Source: Candidatus Saccharimonadota bacterium
Lineage (GTDB): Bacteria > Patescibacteriota > Gracilibacteria > UBA4473
NCBI GenBank assembly: GCA_963677105.1
Contig: OY781871.1
Coordinates: forward strand, 360,001-392,000
Length of the DNA stretch: 32,000 nt
Reading direction: 5' to 3'
In this document: positions 1 to 7,298 of the stretch, piece by piece
How the letters are laid out: the number at the start of each line of letters is the position of its first letter
Numbering within the stretch: position 1 is the first letter of the stretch
Notes under the pieces: generated by a model
What the model saw: only the letters and a program-made list of their open reading frames with translations
Databases searched by the model: none
Told to the model about the DNA's origin: nothing
Program-made: the position numbers and the translations under genes

Positions 1-2
1 AA

Positions 3-260
3 TCTTTATATGATTCATTTGATTTAGCGGAACAGTGGAAACCAGACACTTTTTATCGAATCACTTTTAGACAAGAAAACACAAAGGAATTAAAAGGCCT
101 TCTTACTATAGACGAAGTATCGAAAGATGACTTCAACAAACCTATCAAAACAATTGTAAACCATGAATTTTATTTCGATGGTCTTTCGGATACGTTAAAG
201 CCTTACCTTTTTGGTAGTGGGCAATCTGGTTACTCTTTTGTAGCCTTCCGAACTTATTAA
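3..260 (+). CDS. 3' end of a CDS entering from the left edge (hypothetical protein, last 85 aa)
   Basis: Frame 3 is open from the window edge to TAA at 258-260 (SLYDSFDLAEQWKPDTFYRITF...GYSFVAFRTY*). It is absent from the ORF track because there is no start in the window. No motif recognised. Confidence 0.4.
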   Translation, partial: SLYDSFDLAEQWKPDTFYRITFRQENTKELKGLLTIDEVSKDDFNKPIKTIVNHEFYFDGLSDTLKPYLFGSGQSGYSFVAFRTY

Positions 261-400
261 GTTTTTAACCTCCTAAAAATGGAAATACACAATATCGGCT
301 ATGGATGATCTGAGTAAGAAATCATCAACGAAGAGATTCAAAATCTAATGTAAAAAGAATCTATAAAAAAATATCACATTATATAATCTAAAATTCAAAA

Positions 401-2320
401 ATGAATTACATTCTTAAACAATTACGAAGAATTGCACCAGCAACTATGGTATTGGTTGCTCTCGCATTCGGAATGGCACCAATGGTCGCTGAAGCGGCTG
501 TGCCAAATTATTTTCAATACCAAGGTCGATTGTTGACTGCTCCAACAACACCAGCTGCAAATACTACGTACCAAATGCGTTTCTCTTTGTGGTCTGATGC
601 TGATTTTGAAGCAAGCGACATTGACGGATCTGGTGACCTAGTTGCTGCACCTTGGCAAGAGGTTCAGACAATTACTACAGATTCACAAGGTTTCTTTATT
701 GCAAACGTAGGTAGTGTTACAGCACTTCCGAACTTTGTATCTGGAACACATGAATTTATTCAAGCTGAGGTAAAAGCTGACGGTGCAGCTAATACTACTT
801 ACTTCTTGTTGGATAACATGCAAGCAAATGCTGCTATTGATCGTAAATCAATCATCAATTCTGTATATGCTCAAAATGCAAAACAATTAGACGGAAGAGA
901 ACTTGGATTCGGTAACGGAGACATTCCTTTCCTCGATCCTGTTACAGGAAAATTGGATCGAACTCTTATCACTGACGATAGCTGGTTAGATCCAGTTGCT
1001 GACGAGGCTGCATTGCCAGTTAGTGGAAATCAAGGTGATATCGTATATGTACAGTCTACTGACCGTATTTATACATACAATGGTACTGCTTGGATTAAAA
1101 CTGGTGGAGCTGTTGATGGTTCTATTTCTGGACTTGAAGGTCGAATGACTACTGCTGAAGCTGATATTGATGCAAACACTGCAGCAATTTCTGCTGAAAC
1201 TACTCGTGCTACTACAGCTGAAGGTGTTAATGCTACTGCAATCGCTACCGAACAAGCTCGTGCTGAAGCTGCTGAATTGGTTTTGACTAATGACTTGGCT
1301 ACAGAGCAAGCTCGTGCCGAAGCTGCTGAATTAGTGTTGACTAATGACTTAGCTACTGAAGCTGCTCGTGCTGCTGCTGCTGAATTGGTTTTAACTAATG
1401 ACTTATCTACTGAAGCTGCTCGTGCTATAGCTGCTGAATTAGTGTTGACTAATAACTTAGCTGCTGAAGCTGCTCGTGCTGCTGCTGCTGAAGCTGCTAA
1501 TGCTGGTAACATTACTACTTTGAACGCTGACGTAAATACTGCAGGTTCAGTATTGAAATCAATCAAAGATAATGGTCAAAACGCTACATTCTCTTCTACA
1601 ACAGGAATTGCTGCTACTACACTTGGTACTGCGATTGATGAGGTAAACGAAAATATTAGTGATGCAATTAATGGATTGAGCTGGAAAGCTCCAGTTGCTG
1701 ATGTTGCTGCTTTGACAACAACATACACTTCACCAGTTGTTGGTGATACTGCATACGTTACTTCTATTGGTGAAATTTACACATGGAACGGAACGTCTTG
1801 GGTAAAAACTGGTGCTGACTTCTTCCAAGATGGATCAGAAACGGCGAAAGGTATTGTTCAATTTGCTACAGATGGTGAAACATCTGCATTGAGGGCTGTG
1901 CAAGGTAATGACAGTCGATTGGCTCAAGTTGGAGTTAACACAACAAACATTACTACTAATGCTGCTAATATCGCTACTAACGTAACTGATATTTCAACAA
2001 ATGCTACTGCTATTAGTACAGAACAAACTCGTGCTGAAGCTGCTGAAGCAACACTTACTACAAACTTAGCTACTGAAGCTGCTCGTGCTACTGCTGCTGA
2101 AACTGCTAATGCTACCGCAATCTCTACTGAGGCTGCTCGTGCTACTGCTGCTGAAGGAGTTAATGCTACTGCAATTGCTACTGAAACTTCTCGTGCTACT
2201 ACTGCTGAAGGAGTTAATGCTGCTGCAATTGCTACTGAGACTTCTCGTGCTACTGCAGTTGAAGACAATACTAAGAACTTTGTTTCTACTGGATTTGACG
2301 TATTCATCGTTAATTTCTAG
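401..2320 (+). CDS. Secreted repeat protein with phage-tail-fibre-like modules (putative surface fibre/adhesin)
   Basis: 639-aa ORF with an N-terminal Sec signal (MNYILKQLRRIAPATMVLVALAFGMAPMVAEA|AV). Two copies of a W..PVAD.AAL...GD..YV.....IYT.NGT.W.KTG module. AKGIVQFATDGETSALRAVQGNDSRL resembles the conserved (S/T)xxxKGIVxLa...s.s...A.TP motif of P2/lambda-type tail fibres. Ala/Thr/Glu-rich 18-aa repeats (TEQARAEAAELVLTNDLA, ATAIATETSRATTAEGVN). Followed by a strong intrinsic terminator. Confidence 0.75.
   Translation: MNYILKQLRRIAPATMVLVALAFGMAPMVAEAAVPNYFQYQGRLLTAPTTPAANTTYQMRFSLWSDADFEASDIDGSGDLVAAPWQEVQTITTDSQGFFIANVGSVTALPNFVSGTHEFIQAEVKADGAANTTYFLLDNMQANAAIDRKSIINSVYAQNAKQLDGRELGFGNGDIPFLDPVTGKLDRTLITDDSWLDPVADEAALPVSGNQGDIVYVQSTDRIYTYNGTAWIKTGGAVDGSISGLEGRMTTAEADIDANTAAISAETTRATTAEGVNATAIATEQARAEAAELVLTNDLATEQARAEAAELVLTNDLATEAARAAAAELVLTNDLSTEAARAIAAELVLTNNLAAEAARAAAAEAANAGNITTLNADVNTAGSVLKSIKDNGQNATFSSTTGIAATTLGTAIDEVNENISDAINGLSWKAPVADVAALTTTYTSPVVGDTAYVTSIGEIYTWNGTSWVKTGADFFQDGSETAKGIVQFATDGETSALRAVQGNDSRLAQVGVNTTNITTNAANIATNVTDISTNATAISTEQTRAEAAEATLTTNLATEAARATAAETANATAISTEAARATAAEGVNATAIATETSRATTAEGVNAAAIATETSRATAVEDNTKNFVSTGFDVFIVNF
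1247..1492 (+). repeat. In-frame 54-bp tandem repeat, 4 full units plus a partial fifth, inside the fibre-like CDS
   Basis: Units at 1247-1300, 1301-1354, 1355-1408 and 1409-1462, then a partial unit. Each encodes T-E-(Q/A)-A-R-A-x-A-A-E-L-V-L-T-N-(D/N)-L-(A/S). Copies differ mostly at synonymous positions (ttg/tta, gtt/gtg). Confidence 0.9.
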
Positions 2321-2372
2321 TTGTAACTACAATTATTCGAACTTTTAATTTGGAGGTTAAAAGTCAGACTCA

Positions 2373-2404
2373 GCCTCCCACTGATCTCAGTGGGGGGCTT
2401 TTTC
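2373..2404 (+). terminator. Rho-independent terminator of the fibre-like gene
   Basis: GCCTCCCACT / AGTGGGGGGC 10-bp stem (one G-U), 6-nt loop gatctc, followed by TTTTTC. Confidence 0.8.
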
Positions 2405-2453
2405 TATCTAGAAAAAATTCAACCATACTTGAAAGTAAAAATACAGTTTCATA

Positions 2454-2490
2454 TTTGTAGTTTGTATTTTGAAATTTGTATGGTTTGAAG
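2454..2490 (+). repeat. Heptamer array a: TTTGTAG TTTGTAT TTTGAAA TTTGTAT gg TTTGAAG
   Basis: TTTG recurs with exact 7-nt period. The array lies between the upstream terminator and the methyltransferase start (ATG 2524), in TTTG-sense relative to that gene. Confidence 0.85.
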
Positions 2491-2523
2491 CAACACACCA
2501 AACCTGTTACTCTCCTCTGTGAA

Positions 2524-3378
2524 ATGACACAACAAAACTTTGACTACGAACTTATCGACTGTGGAAACGAACGTCGCCTAGAACGTTTCGGAAAAACAAT
2601 TGTAAATCGTCCTGCTCCGCAGGCGTTTTGGCATAGAAATGATATGATTGAAGAATGGAAGAATATCGATGCATATTATGAACGTCCTGAAAATGGAGAA
2701 AAAAAATGGAGTAAAGATTCTCAATTCCCTGAAAACTGGAACATAACTATTGATAATATTACGTTTGAACTTCGTCCCTCTGTAAATAATCAACTCGGAA
2801 TTTTTCCTGAACAATTAGAAAACTGGCGATGGATGACAAGACAAATTCAAAAGGCAAATCGCCCGCTCAAAATCTTGAATACTTTTTCTTATACGGGAGC
2901 CGCAACATTGATGGCAAGTGCCGCTGCTGAAAATGTAGAAGTTTGTCATGTAGATGGAGCCAAATCTTCTGTTACATGGGCACGAAAAAATGCAGAACTT
3001 TCTGGACTTTCTGATCGACCGATTCGTTGGATTGTTGATGACGTATTGCAATTCATGGAACGCGAAGTAAAACGTGGCAACAAATATGATGGAATTATTT
3101 TAGATCCACCGGCTTTCGGTCGCGGAGCAAAAGGAACATGGAAACTTCAACGAGATTTACCGAAACTTCTAAACCTTGTCGAAAAACTTCTCTCTGAAAA
3201 TCCTTGTTTTGTAATCTTGAGTTGTCACTCAACTGAATTTGCTTCAAAAGACTTAGCACAAATGCTTGAAAAAATTCCTCCTTTTTCTGGAAAACAATCT
3301 GAATCTGTAAATCTGATTATTCCATCTACAAATGGATCTGAATTGTGGTCTGGTACTTGTGGAAGAATAGCAGGATAA
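2524..3378 (+). CDS. Class I SAM-dependent methyltransferase, RlmI/PF10672-like (no PUA domain)
   Basis: The DGIILDPPAFGRG motif and the preceding TFSYTGAATL glycine-rich SAM loop are typical of the RlmI/YccW family. The track ORF starts at TTG 2476. I prefer ATG 2524 (MTQQNFDYELIDCGNERRLERFG), which does not overlap heptamer array a. Confidence 0.7.
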   Translation: MTQQNFDYELIDCGNERRLERFGKTIVNRPAPQAFWHRNDMIEEWKNIDAYYERPENGEKKWSKDSQFPENWNITIDNITFELRPSVNNQLGIFPEQLENWRWMTRQIQKANRPLKILNTFSYTGAATLMASAAAENVEVCHVDGAKSSVTWARKNAELSGLSDRPIRWIVDDVLQFMEREVKRGNKYDGIILDPPAFGRGAKGTWKLQRDLPKLLNLVEKLLSENPCFVILSCHSTEFASKDLAQMLEKIPPFSGKQSESVNLIIPSTNGSELWSGTCGRIAG

Positions 3379-3380
3379 AA

Positions 3381-3415
3381 CTACAAATTACAATGTACAA
3401 AGTTCAAATCACAAG
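3381..3415 (-). repeat. Heptamer array b (read on minus strand): CTTGTGA TTTGAAC TTTGTAC ATTGTAA TTTGTAG
   Basis: 7-nt periodicity. Starts 2 nt after the methyltransferase stop codon (TAA 3376-3378). Inverted relative to array a. Confidence 0.85.
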
Positions 3416-3491
3416 CTTTTTAATTTCAAACTGAAGTTTGACCGATACGCCTTTCTGCGGTATTTTTTTTCAGCAAACAATTTCTTGAAAT

Positions 3492-5288
3492 ATGAATGTT
3501 ACAACCGACGATCTGAGAAAAAAGTGGCTTGAATTTTGGAAAAAAAAGAATCACATCATTATTCCTTCTGCTGGAGTTTTGCCGGACAATGATCCAACCG
3601 CATTATTTCACAATTCTGGAATGCATCCGCTTGTTCCGTATCTTTGTGGACAAACTCATCCCGAAGGACGTCAATTAGCAAATGCGCAAAAATGTATTCG
3701 TACAGGTGATATTGATGAAGTTGGTGACGCAACACATTTAACATTTTTTGAAATGTTGGGAAACTGGTCATTGGGCGATTATTTTAAAAAAGAACAGATT
3801 GAATGGTCGTTTGAATTTTTAACACAAGAATTAAACCTTCCTTTGGAAAAGTTAGCAGTAAGTGTTTTTGCTGGAGACGATGATGCTCCACGAGATCAAG
3901 AAGCTGCTGATTTGTGGAAAGCTGCTGGAATTCCTGAAAACAAAATTGCATATCTCGGTAAATCAGATAATTGGTGGGCAAAAGGAGACATTGGTCCATG
4001 TGGAACAGACACAGAAATGTTTTTTTGGACTGGAGATGAAGCTGCTCCCAAAAGTTTTCAAGAATCACACAATGATCCTCGATGGGTTGAAATTTGGAAC
4101 GACGTTTTTATGACCTTTAATCGAAAAGCTGATGGAAGTTTGGAAGAATTGGAACAAAAAAATATCGATACTGGAATGGGACTAGAACGAACTGTTGCTG
4201 TTTTAAATGGAAAAAAATCCGTATATGAAACAGATGCTTTCACTGAGATTTTAGCGAAAATTGCAGAACTTTCTGGAGATCCAAAACTTGCAATCAATCC
4301 TCTTGCAGAAACAGCCGCAGCAAACTCAATGCGCGTTATTGCTGATCACATACGATCAGGAAGTATGATTCTCGCTGATAAGGTTTCCCCGAGTAATGTT
4401 GATCAAGGATATATTCTTCGCCGACTTCTCAGACGTGCTATTCGTCATGGAAAAAAACTCGGAATTGAAGGACATTTCACTGTAAAAATTGCTGAAGAAG
4501 TGAAGAAAAAACTCGGACATCAATACACTGAATTAGAAAAAAACTGGAATTTTATCGTAGAAGAACTCGAGCAAGAAGAAGAACAATTTGCGAAAACACT
4601 TGAAACGGGAGAACGCGAATTTAATAAATTAGCCGGAAAAATTTTAGAATTTTCGAATAAAAAAGAACTCAGTGGGAAAAAAGCATTTTGGCTCTATGAA
4701 ACCTATGGATTTCCATTTGAAATGACTGAGGAATTGTGTGCCGAACAAGGACTCACTGTAGATAAAAGTGGATTCGATGAAGCGGCAAAAAAGCATGCTG
4801 AGGCTTCACGTGCAGGTTCTGAACAAAAATTCAAAGGAGGTCTTGGAGATACTTCTGTGGAAACAACTAATTTACATACCGCAACGCACCTCCTTCATGC
4901 TGCATTAAAAAAAGTTTTGGGAGATCACGTTGAACAACGCGGATCAAATATAACACCTGAACGATTGCGATTTGATTTTTCTCATGGAGAAAAGATGACA
5001 CCAGAAGAAAAAACCAAAGTAGAAAACCTCGTTAATGAAGCTATCGATGCAAATGTCGAAATCACGTGTGAAGAAACGTCCGTCGATGATGCAAAATCTC
5101 AGGGAGCAATTGGACTCTTTGGAAACAAGTATGGAGAAAAAGTGAAAATGTACACGATGGGAGCATTTTCTAAAGAAATTTGTGGAGGACCACATGCAGA
5201 AAAAACGGGAAATCTCGGGAAGTTTCGTATTAAAAAAGAAGAAGCATCTTCTCGCGGAGTACGACGAATTAAAGCGGTGCTGGATTAA
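3492..5288 (+). CDS. alaS: Alanine--tRNA ligase, short form ending after the editing domain
   Basis: Class II AlaRS N-terminus (FHNSGMHPLVPYLCG, KCIRTGDIDEVGD.THLTFFEMLGNWS.GDYFK). Editing-domain HxxxH (HTATHLLHAALKKVLG) and CGGPH motifs. The protein ends at VRRIKAVLD, with no C-Ala/oligomerisation domain. Confidence 0.93.
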   Translation: MNVTTDDLRKKWLEFWKKKNHIIIPSAGVLPDNDPTALFHNSGMHPLVPYLCGQTHPEGRQLANAQKCIRTGDIDEVGDATHLTFFEMLGNWSLGDYFKKEQIEWSFEFLTQELNLPLEKLAVSVFAGDDDAPRDQEAADLWKAAGIPENKIAYLGKSDNWWAKGDIGPCGTDTEMFFWTGDEAAPKSFQESHNDPRWVEIWNDVFMTFNRKADGSLEELEQKNIDTGMGLERTVAVLNGKKSVYETDAFTEILAKIAELSGDPKLAINPLAETAAANSMRVIADHIRSGSMILADKVSPSNVDQGYILRRLLRRAIRHGKKLGIEGHFTVKIAEEVKKKLGHQYTELEKNWNFIVEELEQEEEQFAKTLETGEREFNKLAGKILEFSNKKELSGKKAFWLYETYGFPFEMTEELCAEQGLTVDKSGFDEAAKKHAEASRAGSEQKFKGGLGDTSVETTNLHTATHLLHAALKKVLGDHVEQRGSNITPERLRFDFSHGEKMTPEEKTKVENLVNEAIDANVEITCEETSVDDAKSQGAIGLFGNKYGEKVKMYTMGAFSKEICGGPHAEKTGNLGKFRIKKEEASSRGVRRIKAVLD

Positions 5289-5348
5289 TCTACGCTTTGT
5301 GCAATATAAAAATCCTGATTTAGTTTAATATTTGGGTCTAATATCTGT

Positions 5349-5510
5349 TTAGTTTAAATTTATAGTATCTCCACACAATGCTGCAACATCATTTTTTGTC
5401 CCTAATTGTGTTTCTATTATCATCTTATCGACATCTATTTCATCTCCACATAGTGCTGCCCTCCCTTTCTTCATATCTTCTTTTATAGCCATATTTAAAT
5501 TTTCTACCAT
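5349..5510 (-). CDS. Small hypothetical protein (53 aa) with internal AALCGD duplication
   Basis: The track ORF starts at TTG 5546. The first ATG, at 5510, gives MVENLNMAIKEDMKKGRAALCGDEIDVDKMIIETQLGTKNDVAALCGDTINLN. No homology recognised, so coding status is uncertain. Confidence 0.35.
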   Translation of the reverse strand: MVENLNMAIKEDMKKGRAALCGDEIDVDKMIIETQLGTKNDVAALCGDTINLN

Positions 5511-5582
5511 TGTATATTTTTTAAAAAACCAAACAAAAAGTAGCAATATTTTACTTATTAGTCAATAACAACTCACACAATA

Positions 5583-5610
5583 TTTGTACTTTGAAGTTTG
5601 AAGTTTGATT
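5583..5610 (+). repeat. Heptamer array c: TTTGTAC TTTGAAG TTTGAAG TTTGATT
   Basis: Exact 7-nt period. The last unit overlaps the first base of the pyrF stop codon (minus-strand TAA at 5610-5612). Confidence 0.85.
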
Positions 5611-6443
5611 TATGCGTCCCATGCATTCAATAAATTCTGCAAAACTGCACGTCCAGCTTCTGCAAAATCTTTGTCATCACTTGCATATAAAACTGCTCGA
5701 GAAACAGGAACGAGAACTCCAAGTCCATCTACTTGCACATCTTTTACTGCATCAATTGATCCTCCTTGCGCTCCAACTCCAGGACAAAGAAACCATGCAT
5801 GAGGCATTTCTTCTCGGAAAAATTTCAAAAATTCTGGCTCAATCGTTGCTCCAATTACTGCTCCAACTGAAGCGAGCATTGTATCTACAGACTGAGTGGT
5901 CATATTCCATTCTTCAACTTTTTCTGCAATCTTACGTGACATTTCATATTCTCCTCCTTGAAATTCTTGAGCCGATGGATTTGAAGTACGAACAAGAACA
6001 AAAATTCCTCGTCCATTTTTTTCACAACGCTCAACAAATGGAGTAATTCCATCTGTTCCAAGCAATGGATTTACCGTCATACAATCTGCTGCCAACGGTC
6101 CATTTTCTAAATACGCTTTTGCATACGCATCTGCTGTTGATCCAATATCATTTCGTTTCCCATCTACCATCGTGATGAGATCTAAGCTTTTCGCTAACGC
6201 CAATAATTCTTCAACCGCTTTGATTCCTTCTGAACCAAATTGTTCGAAATACGCCATCTGAATTTTAATCCCACAAATAAGATCATGTGTCGCCACCATC
6301 ATCTTTGTACAAAATTCCAATGCTCCTTTTGCATCTTGAGAAAAGAAATCGGGCATCTTTTCTAAATTCGGATCAAGTCCGAGCATAAGACATGAATTTT
6401 TTGCTTGCACAGCAGCCGTAAGTCGATCAGAGAAGTTTTCCAT
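5610..6443 (-). CDS. pyrF: Orotidine 5'-phosphate decarboxylase (type 2)
   Basis: 277 aa. N-terminal LMLGLDPN, DGKRNDIGSTADAYAKAY and a C-terminal GVGAQGG-type phosphate-binding loop are characteristic of long-form PyrF. Confidence 0.9.
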   Translation of the reverse strand: MENFSDRLTAAVQAKNSCLMLGLDPNLEKMPDFFSQDAKGALEFCTKMMVATHDLICGIKIQMAYFEQFGSEGIKAVEELLALAKSLDLITMVDGKRNDIGSTADAYAKAYLENGPLAADCMTVNPLLGTDGITPFVERCEKNGRGIFVLVRTSNPSAQEFQGGEYEMSRKIAEKVEEWNMTTQSVDTMLASVGAVIGATIEPEFLKFFREEMPHAWFLCPGVGAQGGSIDAVKDVQVDGLGVLVPVSRAVLYASDDKDFAEAGRAVLQNLLNAWDA

Positions 6444-6484
6444 CGCCCCGTAGTCTACAAGGTTTTTTCAAAAAAGAAAGATTC

Positions 6485-6745
6485 TTAGTGAATCGTTTCT
6501 TCTCCCTGTTGAACATTTTTCGATGCTAATTCGTCAGAATACATATGCTGCAATAATCTTGGACTATCTCCCAAAACTTCCCATACTTTTTTTTCAATTT
6601 CGGTGATCATTCCTGGAAACTCACTTTTTGCTGCTTGAACACACGGAAATAACTTGTGTGGAGAAGTAACTCCATTTGCACCTGCAAATTCATTTAAATC
6701 TTTTTCTAATTGAACGAGTGCTTTTTCTCCTTCTGGATTTGCCAT
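6485..6745 (-). CDS. Hypothetical protein (86 aa), upstream of and co-oriented with pyrF
   Basis: ATG-initiated ORF 41 nt upstream of pyrF. No motif recognised. Confidence 0.45.
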   Translation of the reverse strand: MANPEGEKALVQLEKDLNEFAGANGVTSPHKLFPCVQAAKSEFPGMITEIEKKVWEVLGDSPRLLQHMYSDELASKNVQQGEETIH

Positions 6746-6826
6746 TTTTCATTTTTATTAAAAAATCATACACAATTTACACTTTTACTAAAAGTTGTCA
6801 ACCGAGTCTTAATCACTGCGCAAAAT

Positions 6827-6854
6827 TTGACAATACAACACTGAACAATACAAT
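6827..6854 (+). promoter_or_regulatory. Sigma70-type promoter (TTGACA-16-TACAAT) in front of the tRNA-Leu 5' fragment
   Basis: TTGACA 6827-6832, 16-nt spacer, TACAAT 6849-6854. The predicted start lies about 5 nt before the tRNA-like fragment at 6867. Confidence 0.6.
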
Positions 6855-6866
6855 TCTTTCGCTCTT

Positions 6867-6916
6867 GCACGAGTGGCGAAGAGTAGACCTGCCTGCCGGC
6901 AGGCAGGCGCGCTTAG
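6867..6916 (+). pseudogene. Degenerate duplicate of the 5' half of tRNA-Leu (acceptor 5' strand, D-arm, start of anticodon stem), interrupted by a 20-bp palindrome
   Basis: GCACGAGTGGCGAAGAGTAGAC[20-bp palindrome]CGCGCTTAG compares with the intact tRNA GCACGAGTGGCGAAACGGTAGACGCGCTAGC at 7194-7224. The conserved D-loop GG is lost and there is no 3' half. Confidence 0.75.
6888..6907. repeat. Perfect 20-bp GC-rich palindrome CCTGCCTGCCGGCAGGCAGG
   Basis: Exact self-complementarity. Inserted between GTAGA and CGC of the tRNA-like fragment. Strikingly GC-rich for this AT-rich spacer. Confidence 0.9.
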
Positions 6917-6955
6917 ATTTTTGACAATTCAAAGCAGATATTTAACATTTTAGAG

Positions 6956-7228
6956 ATGTTCTATGTGTATGTCTTAAAGAGTAAAAATCGAAATTATATT
7001 TATGTTGGTTTAACTTCCAATATTGAGCGGCGTGTAAATCAACACAATTCGTTGAAAGAAAAAACTACTCGATCATATGCACCCTTTACATTAATTCATT
7101 CTGAAACTTTTAAAACTCGTCCAGAAGCTCGTAAAAGAGAAATATTCTTCAAATCTGGATGTGGAAAAGAATGGATAAAGAAACAATTTATCAGCACGAG
7201 TGGCGAAACGGTAGACGCGCTAGCTTGA
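6956..7228 (+). CDS. GIY-YIG (URI-domain) nuclease family protein, YhbQ/COG2827-like
   Basis: MFYVYVLKS..NYIYVGLTSNIERRVNQHN...K.RPEARKREIFFKSG matches the GIY-x10-YVG, R, and E signature of small stand-alone GIY-YIG proteins. The last 11 codons and the TGA stop lie inside tRNA-Leu. The stop covers loop position 33 and anticodon positions 34-35. Confidence 0.8.
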   Translation: MFYVYVLKSKNRNYIYVGLTSNIERRVNQHNSLKEKTTRSYAPFTLIHSETFKTRPEARKREIFFKSGCGKEWIKKQFISTSGETVDALA

Positions 7229-7282
7229 GGGGCTAGTGGGAAATTTATTCCCGTGGAGGTTCAAATCCTCTCTCGTGCACCA
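7194..7282 (+). tRNA. tRNA-Leu(GAG), type II with long variable arm and encoded CCA
   Basis: Manual cloverleaf: GCACGAG/CTCGTGC acceptor; anticodon arm CTAGC-TTGAGGG-GCTAG; variable arm TGGGAAATTTATTCCCGT; T-arm GGAGG-TTCAAAT-CCTCT; discriminator A then CCA. Collinear with E. coli tRNA-Leu. Confidence 0.9.
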
Positions 7283-7298
7283 TATGAGAAAAACAACT

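Noticed and set aside
986-2348. Antisense or alternate-frame ORFs inside the fibre-like gene (986-1309, 1069-1566, 1924-2307 on the minus strand; 2085-2348 on the plus strand)
   Set aside because: GCT/GAA-rich tandem repeats are open in several frames, and the translations are low-complexity Ala/Ser/Leu strings. Only the frame with the signal peptide and conserved modules is credible.
6867-7282. Split or intron-containing tRNA-Leu, with the GIY-YIG ORF as an intron-encoded homing endonuclease
   Set aside because: The downstream tRNA (7194-7282) is complete and folds on its own. The upstream piece duplicates rather than complements it. This is an insertion with duplication, not an intron.
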